Origin: Schizochytrium sp. TIO01
Taxonomy: Eukaryota; Protista; Bigyra: Labyrinthulomycetes
Reading direction: 5' to 3'
Assembly (NCBI GenBank): GCA_004764695.1
Contig: SMSO01000031.1
Span: 6,554,761 to 6,618,760 of the forward strand
DNA: 64,000 nucleotides
Shown here: positions 57,258-64,000 of the stretch, piece after piece
How positions within the stretch are numbered: position 1 is the stretch's first letter
Layout of the letters: every line of letters starts with the position of its first letter
Position numbers and translations under genes: made by a program
The notes under the pieces: model-generated
Databases searched by the model: none
What the model was told of the DNA's origin: nothing
The model's input: only the letters and a program-made list of their open reading frames with translations

Positions 57258-58793
57258 GATCCTTTGCCGCACGCCTTTCGAGAAAGAAAGGGTTTTCTGA
57301 TTCTGTGCAATATTGTTGTCTTGGTTATTTTTGCTCATCACAATGTGGCCACTCCATGGTCCTATTGTTTTCCTTAGCTATGTCAATAGGGGTTGTCAGA
57401 GACCACTCTTTCTGGCGAACAACTACAGCTACATCGTCATTGTGAGGTTGTGCGTTTATTTGCTGGGCCATCTACAAACTCTCAAAAGCTGGCCTTGGTA
57501 GAATACGAGGATGTTTCAGAAGTAGAGCGCCTTTAACTAAACCTACTATTGTTGTTGTTGTTGTTGTTGTTGTGACTTGTTCTGCCATAATTTCACATAT
57601 GCCACGATCTCAAAGATCGATTTATTTATCAATCATCAAACCTTCTACGACTCGTTCCTCATTTCTAGTGCGTACCTAGCAGCAATGATGAATTCAATTC
57701 GTCAACCGCATAGACTACGTTGAGAAATTTCGAGATTGGAGAGTGCGTGCCGTTCTCGGAATGGCGCTATCTTCAGAACCCAATCTCTCGTACGAATTAC
57801 TAAGTGGCATTGCTGAGGTTCTCGTACTCATCATTATCTCGCAATGGTCAGCCCACGAAACAATTGAACACTCTACCAGCACATCTGGAGTGGCACTTGG
57901 TTGAAGCCAAGACGTTTCTGCTGACTGCGATTGACTCCAAGTCCTCATCCCTCAAATCCGAGCTGCTCGCTCTGGAGATCCATCCTCAAAACCTCAAAGA
58001 ACTGGGCGGTAGTTCTTTCATATGATGCCGCTCGAAAAGCACAAGCACAGAGAGGAAAGTTGCATGAGTGACGTGCAGCAAATATCTTGGGACTGCTGAC
58101 TTCAACAACACTGCGAACGCAATCAAAATGATGCACAGTCAGAGAATAGGAGGAAGATTGTGCCAAGGACGAGTCGAAGAACCCAAGCGCAATCAGCAAA
58201 AGCCAAAGCCAACCCTGCATATCTCTGCTGCTCCGATACGCAGTAAATCGATCTCGTGCTCCTGCCAGAGGTCTCTCTTACGCCTTTGGTCTTGAACTGT
58301 ACGATTTCGAGGATGGTTTTGATCATCTCGACCTGTTGCCCTTCCGAGAAATGAACAAAGCGTACGCAGTAGCATAATAAGGGATCCGTCAATTCAGGAT
58401 CAAAGCATGCCAGTCCAAGATCACGTCAGCCAGCAGACTAAACGAAGCGAACGCGTCGGACCTAAGTTGGTCCTAAACCTCGCGTCGCAGCCACGCCGGT
58501 TTGTGCGAAGCTTGCGGCCCATTCGCATTTCGGGATTTTGGCATTACTTCACATCCACTTCAGAAGATGGCGGAATCCTTAAAAGGAAAGTCGAAGTCTC
58601 TGTCTCTCCATTCTCCATTCTCCATTCTCCATTCTCTACTGTAGCAAAGTGAACAATGGAGCAGAGACAAGTGAAGAATAGGTTTTGAGGGCACTTGCTA
58701 CAGTGAAATCAAGAAAGCTTAATGAACGAAAGTTCAAGAAAACACAAAAGAAACTTTCAGAATAGTGAAAGAAAAAGAAAAACAGAAACTTGA

Positions 58794-58840
58794 AAAGAAA
58801 AGAAAAGAAAAGAAATTGAATTGAATTGAATTGAATTGAA
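58794..58840. repeat. (AAAAG)n followed by (AATTG)n pentanucleotide repeats just upstream of the TPR gene
   Basis: Direct read. Confidence 0.85.
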
Positions 58841-58888
58841 CAAAGACAATTGAAGCAAACCAGGAACGCGAAGACCGCACTGAGGACC

Positions 58889-60112
58889 ATGCAGCGCCTC
58901 GCCAGGAGCTACGCGCTCGCCGCCGCCGCCGCCAACTACACCTCTGCAGCAGGCGGCCGCGGGGCCTCCCAACCTCTGTGGACGGCCTCCGCCCCGGCGG
59001 CCCGCCGCGGCCTGGCTTCAAGGCCTCCTTCGCCCGCGACTCCACCTCCATCCTCCGCCTCCTCGACTTCCTCGAAATCTTCCTCTTCCTCGCAGACCAA
59101 CGCCTCGTCGGGCTCGGGCCTGCAAATCTCGAGACGCCGCACGGACGCCAAGACGCAGCTGGAGCAGCAGCAAGTCGTGCAACAAATCGCAGCGGCGTCC
59201 TCACAGCAGGCGGCTTCGGCAACATCTGGAGGCCAAAATTTGGGCCTTGGCAGCTCGCATCCTGCGCATTTGCAAGGCCCAGAGCTTGAAATTTCAAACT
59301 TGCAGCAGCAGGTCCACGAGCTTTGGGCTCAAAACAAGGTTAAAGAGGCTCGAGAGGTCGCCGAGGCGGTGAAGCTTACTGTGGAAAGCTTCTATGGAAC
59401 AAATCACCCCGTGTACGCGAGCGTACTCAACAACTTGGCCATTCTGCACAAGCAAGCTGGCGAGTTTGAGGAGGCTGTAAAGACTCTCAGTGAAGCTATT
59501 CGGGTCTACAAGGAGACCGTGGGCGATGAACACATTAGCACAGCCACTGCCATGGGCAATCTCGGCCAGCTGTACAAGACCTTGGCCTTGGGCAGCAAGG
59601 GTGTGGAGAAACACAACTTGCTCACCCATGCCAAGACCTTTTTCACCGAGAGCAAGGATGCTTTGAAAAAGCTCAAGGGCGAAGACTCTCCAGACTACGG
59701 AATGGCGTTGCAAAACTACGGCGCTGTGCTTCGTCTGATTGGCGATAAGGAGAACAGCGCCAAGAACGTCGAGGAGGGCAAAGCGATCATCATCGCTGCT
59801 CTGGAGCCGGACCACCCTCGCGTAGCCACCGCGCGTAACAACATGGGTCTCGAGTACAAGCTTCAAGGCATGTTCGAGAGGGCTGAAGCTGAGTATAAGG
59901 AGGCCCTGCGCATTCGCCAGGAGAAGCTTGGCACTGCTCACAACGAGACCATTATCACTATGCACAACCTTGCCGAGCTCTATGTGGCTTGGGGCCGTGA
60001 GGATCAAGCTAAGGCTTTGCAGCAGCAGGTTCTTGATGAGCTTGGCATCGACGAGGCTGACCTGCAAGATATGGGTGCTGGCGACGGTGCTGCCCCAGCC
60101 TCTCGAGGCTAA
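58889..60112 (+). CDS. KLC-type TPR protein with a probable mitochondrial targeting peptide
   Basis: MQRLARSYALAAAA..RRGLAS (Arg/Ala/Ser-rich, no acidic residues) followed by about 5-6 42-aa TPRs (HPVYASVLNNLAILHK, HPRVATARNNMGLEY, HNETIITMHNLAELY). Strong codon bias. Confidence 0.8.
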   Translation: MQRLARSYALAAAAANYTSAAGGRGASQPLWTASAPAARRGLASRPPSPATPPPSSASSTSSKSSSSSQTNASSGSGLQISRRRTDAKTQLEQQQVVQQIAAASSQQAASATSGGQNLGLGSSHPAHLQGPELEISNLQQQVHELWAQNKVKEAREVAEAVKLTVESFYGTNHPVYASVLNNLAILHKQAGEFEEAVKTLSEAIRVYKETVGDEHISTATAMGNLGQLYKTLALGSKGVEKHNLLTHAKTFFTESKDALKKLKGEDSPDYGMALQNYGAVLRLIGDKENSAKNVEEGKAIIIAALEPDHPRVATARNNMGLEYKLQGMFERAEAEYKEALRIRQEKLGTAHNETIITMHNLAELYVAWGREDQAKALQQQVLDELGIDEADLQDMGAGDGAAPASRG

Positions 60113-60837
60113 GTTCTTCCAAAGCGGAAATCTTACTACGGTTCATTCATTTACTTTCATTCATTGACTCACTCGCTCAACTTTCCCAGCCTCTTCCTTC
60201 CCCTTTTTTCGCACATTTTTTTTCTTTATCGTGGAGCACCCGGCTCATCACCTTGATGTTTTCCACCCCTCTGACCCATCTTCCTATCCAATCTTCAATT
60301 TTCTCGTTTCCTTACCACCTGCATCCAAGCGCCTGCATTTATCTGTTTCGTGATCATGTGTATTTGCAAAAGAACTTAATCAAATATTTTTCCTTTTTCT
60401 TTCTTTTCTTTCCGACGATTGAGATTTGGCACGATAAGACCCTTTCCGAGTACATGAGTAAATGAATGCAGATTCCCTCAAATAGGCTCCACGAGTGATT
60501 CTGAGGAGCGGAGGCCTTTTCTTAACCACGAGTACAGAACCTTTGTGCAGCAGAGGTAGGCGAGTGAGTGCCTGCCTACCTAGCACCTAGGGACCTTCGA
60601 GGAAATAGAAGCGCAAAGATCCAACCTAGAATTGTTTCTATTACATAGGCCTACTAGATAGCACTATGAACTAGTAAGAACATGATTAAAAGTATCTATT
60701 ACATGTTAGGTAGGGGGATAGCAGATTGTCAAATGTGACCGTTGCAGAATATACAGCGACGATTCTACCCTGTATGGTGTTGCGAGTCAATTCATTCTTT
60801 GCAAGTGCTCAAGTTGAGATTCATTTGAAAGCTTGAC

Positions 60838-61892
60838 ATGCCAAAGACACAGAACCCGTCGACAGACGAGCACCTGGCTCTCCTTGAGGGCTTGCATGAG
60901 CTCATCCGCCGTGAAAAACCACGCCGCGAGAAAAACCGCAAGGCACGACACCACCGTACCGCGGTTTTGCAACAACATGAGCAAGAGGAGAACTATGATA
61001 AGAATCTTGCGAAGAGAGAAACAGCCTCCGATCTTCATGAGAGCAGTTCAGAGCTGAGGAGACCACGAGCAGTATCAAGTCCACCGAGAGCTCATCAGTT
61101 TAATCAGTCAGATGATGATGAAAATACACAAGTGAGAAAGATAAAAGCAAGAAGAAACCTCTAGGTGTGCCCCGTTCATGCAGAGGGAGTATGGATCTTC
61201 CTATAAAAGCAATCAAGGAGAAAGACCTCGCTGCGCTACAAGACTGGGTTATGGCAATTGGAATACCCTTTGCAGCCCTCAACGACATTCTACCACGCAC
61301 AGGAAGAACTCTTCTTCATGAAACTTGTATGTATGGAGAGAATGAGAAAATGCTGCGCTTGCTTGTTTCATGTCGTGGTATCGATGTCGATAAAGCAACT
61401 ATTTTAGGACGTTGCACACCTCTGATGTTTGCATCGTTGGAAGGACATAACAATCTTGTTCGGGTTCTCATTAATTCAGGCGCCAACGTTCTTTTACGAA
61501 ACACAAAGGGCGAGGCAGCCTTACATCTTGCTTCTGATCCTTTTGTTGCCCAGACTCTACTCAATGCAGGGGCTGATCCGTTCGGTAAAACCTGCGCTGG
61601 GCTCACACCATCTCAATGTGCTGCCATGCGACAAGACGACAAAGTATACGATGTCCTTGAACGACACGTGCAGTCAAGAATGCGTCAAGACATTGCTTTA
61701 CGCAAGGTTGCAGAGACAAGACGTAGGAGTCATGAGCAGCGCTATGAATTAGAGCGTCAAGGTACAATACGCTCAGAGGTCACACGCAAGTATCGCCGGT
61801 GGCGCACTGGCCTGCATCTGGACCAAGTTCAAGCGAGCCAGGGCAAAACTCGCAAGTCTGGTAGGTCGCCGTCAAAGCGCGGATCAAGTTGA
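60838..61892 (+). CDS. Ankyrin-repeat protein
   Basis: GRTLLHETC, RCTPLMFASLEGH, GEAALHLA, GLTPSQCA. ORFs 60838-61164 and 61167-61892 fuse if one A is restored at about 61155-61157 (RRKPLGVPR). Confidence 0.78.
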
Positions 61893-62118
61893 CAAAGTTC
61901 GAAAGATTAGAATTCGTTTCAAAGGCCCAAAGAACAATATGAAAAGGGACGAAAGGAGCAAAAAATCTCGGATTATAGCTGCTAGATTACTACGATGGGT
62001 GTTCACGACGTGGTGGGTCAGCTACAGCCGGTGAATGCGGTTTCCACTTGGCATCTCGCAATGCGATGAAAGAACATGACTAAACGTTGTATACTCTCCG
62101 TGCACTAAGACACATACA

Positions 62119-62346
62119 TTACGAAGAGGCCTCGGTCTGCTCGCTTGGAGTGGCCTCAGAAGAGGAGGACTTGCCCTTCGGGTTGCGGGACTTGACGTTG
62201 TCGTTCCAAGATTGCATTTCCTCGGAGGAGAACGAAGCAGAGTTCTGCTTTTGGTTGTCATACTGCGTCCAAGCGTACATGGCGGCACCTGCAGTGGCCC
62301 ATGCAGCAATGTTCATGGGCTTGAGCTTGAAGAGATCCCGGATCAT
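62119..62346 (-). CDS. Small (75 aa) single-pass membrane protein of unknown function
   Basis: ATG in ACCATG context, coding-like codon usage, one hydrophobic helix (NIAAWATAGAAMYAW) and a short amphipathic helix (FSSEEMQSWN). Confidence 0.6.
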   Translation of the reverse strand: MIRDLFKLKPMNIAAWATAGAAMYAWTQYDNQKQNSASFSSEEMQSWNDNVKSRNPKGKSSSSEATPSEQTEASS

Positions 62347-63636
62347 GGTGAAAAAAACACAAGAATTTAAGCTAGCTACAAGCTATATGCTCCAAACAAG
62401 ATTGCCCCTTTTTCAAAGACAAAGACCTTCTCTCAAGAGCTTCTAAGCAACTTTGCTGCAATCTCTCTCGAACCCTTTTGCGTCTTTTGCGTCCAGAAGC
62501 TCTTTTCGTGAAGCGCTGCCAGGATTAAACCCACCTTAATCCACATGTAGAACTCTGTATGTAGATATTTATGTAGTAAGGTGGTAAATTGTTCCATCTC
62601 CACCTTGTTCTATTTGTTTTGTTCTTTCTTCCCTTGCACTTTCCTCAGAACCCTCATAAATGCCGAAACTAGTTTTCATTCGTCTGAGAACTCAGTTGGG
62701 TGAATTCAAAAGCGCACATCATCAGCATTGGCAGCTACCGTGTGGTCCCTGTGTCGAGAGCCACCCCAGATGAAATACTAGATATTTATGTATGTGTAGA
62801 TGTGTGTAGATGTATTGGGATTTTTAATACATTGAGCGGCCTGGGTTCATCTTTGGTCTTGCTAAGAAATGCAATTCTCGTAGAGCAGAATGGCTTTGCG
62901 GGAGTATTTTGCACGTGCTTATGTTGTATTTGAAGCAAAGCTCGCGTCATAGATTTATAGCGCAGATCCACGAACTCGATGTAATATGATAAAGCACGGA
63001 CATGAGCTGCGTTGATGAAAATCACGTGTGGAAAACCTTCCGATCAGAATCATGCAAAAGAACACTATTCCCCGATGCGACGACTTCGGAAGAGTTTTCA
63101 GAAGTTCATGTGCACAGCCCATGTTCGACCACCACGTGCGACTGCTTGTTTATTAACCACCTCTGCGCAAACCTACTCAATGATACATCCGAGTTGCAAA
63201 CTTTTGAGAGAAAGAGCCGAAGAAAGAGGAACTGCGAAGTGCAAACACATTAGTGCCACGAGGTGACATGTCTTAGGGACATATGGCCTTTTCGATCACC
63301 GGTGACTGAGACAAAGATCGTGAGGTGTGTAGCAGTCAAGATATAGAGACACGGCTTAGAAGTTCATAAGATGATGTCCCTACGTGGTAGTAGGTAGGTT
63401 GTAGGTAGGTACTGTGCTGTGTACTTTTCCAAGTACGCTCTCTTGCTTGTCTCGAAGGATGACAGCTTGATGAGATGGACCTGCAAACCTTATTTGGTCG
63501 AGCTCTGGCAACGCTCTTTAAGAAGTTACGCGATTGAGGAGACTTTGGCAGGTTGACGAACAGCGGAAGTTCGAAAGCTAGGGTTTGACTTGGCGGGCTA
63601 ACAGGTGCACAAGGGGGTGTGAAGACTTACGACAAG

Positions 63637-64000
63637 ATGGGGTCTGCCAGAATAAAGCAGGTTATTGCATGCATTCAAGACTATGGGGAGGAGGTAAAGT
63701 AAGTTTGGCATAAGAATGCTCTTGATTTATCAATGACGTGTAACACTAACCTTGCAAATTGATTTGCTGGCATTCGCAGTCTTTCTGGAATTCAAGTCAC
63801 CCACGAGGATGCATCTGCTCTAACCAAGGCCATCGCAGATTCCCGTCGACTTCGCCGTGTCTAGTAAGTTTCAAAGCAACCTCATCTCAACAAAAATGAC
63901 CAAGAGTTATACTAACAGTGGGGGGTTTCCTATATTCAGTTTGGATAATATCCGCATAGCGACTACCGATGTATTCCATCTAGTAAAATCTGTTCAAGAG
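63637..64000 (+). CDS. Second one-LRR-per-84-nt-exon gene (5' part only, runs off the window)
   Basis: Exons 63637-63698 (MGSARIKQVIACIQDYGEEV), 63780-63863 (84 nt, LSGIQVTHEDASALTKAIADSRRLRRV) and 63940 onward (LDNIRIATTDVFHLVKSVQE). Phase-2 GTAAGT..ACTAAC..CAG introns. Confidence 0.85.

Noticed and set aside
57715-58392. Chain of overlapping minus-strand ORFs resembling a decayed gene
   Set aside because: Multiple stops and frame changes with no recognisable family. A blastx search would be needed.
59294-60067. 257-aa antisense ORF, and similar shadow ORFs over other genes
   Set aside because: Antisense shadow of the codon-biased TPR gene on the + strand.
63002-63266. Two overlapping ORFs of about 84 aa upstream of the second LRR gene
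   Set aside because: No motifs, and not needed for the LRR gene model, whose ATG and cap exon match the paralogue.

Overview
Compact eukaryotic genomic DNA, mostly intronless genes with short GTAAGT..ACTAAY..YAG introns and tetranucleotide-microsatellite-rich intergenic DNA. The style and gene content suggest a thraustochytrid or other labyrinthulomycete stramenopile (inference only). About 19 protein-coding genes are supported: a NASP/Sim3-type histone chaperone, an SGNH hydrolase, a HAD-IIB phosphatase, an SPX+Frag1/DRAM membrane protein, two paralogous J-domain+PH proteins, a TIR/HET-like+16xTPR protein, a tandem GST-N/glutaredoxin protein, a CK1/VRK-type kinase, a multi-cNMP-binding protein, a UBL-UBL-BAG-like protein, a coiled-coil protein, an EFM7/NNT1-like methyltransferase, a TPR protein, an ankyrin protein, a small membrane protein, and the three genes highlighted next. 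(1) Two paralogous RNI-type LRR genes missing from the ORF track (27696-30252 and 63637 to beyond 64000), in which every 28-aa repeat is its own 84-nt exon flanked by phase-2 introns. The first lies head-to-head with the TIR/HET-like TPR gene, a candidate shuffling-ready innate immune locus. (2) A 999-aa protein (47876-50875) with a TF-like N-terminus, a beta-helix, a phage-type peptidase-G2-like autocleavage domain and 4 TM helices, an apparent convergent analogue of MYRF. Several genes carry single-base indels in homopolymers, probably assembly errors. No rRNA, tRNA, CRISPR array or intact transposon was recognised.
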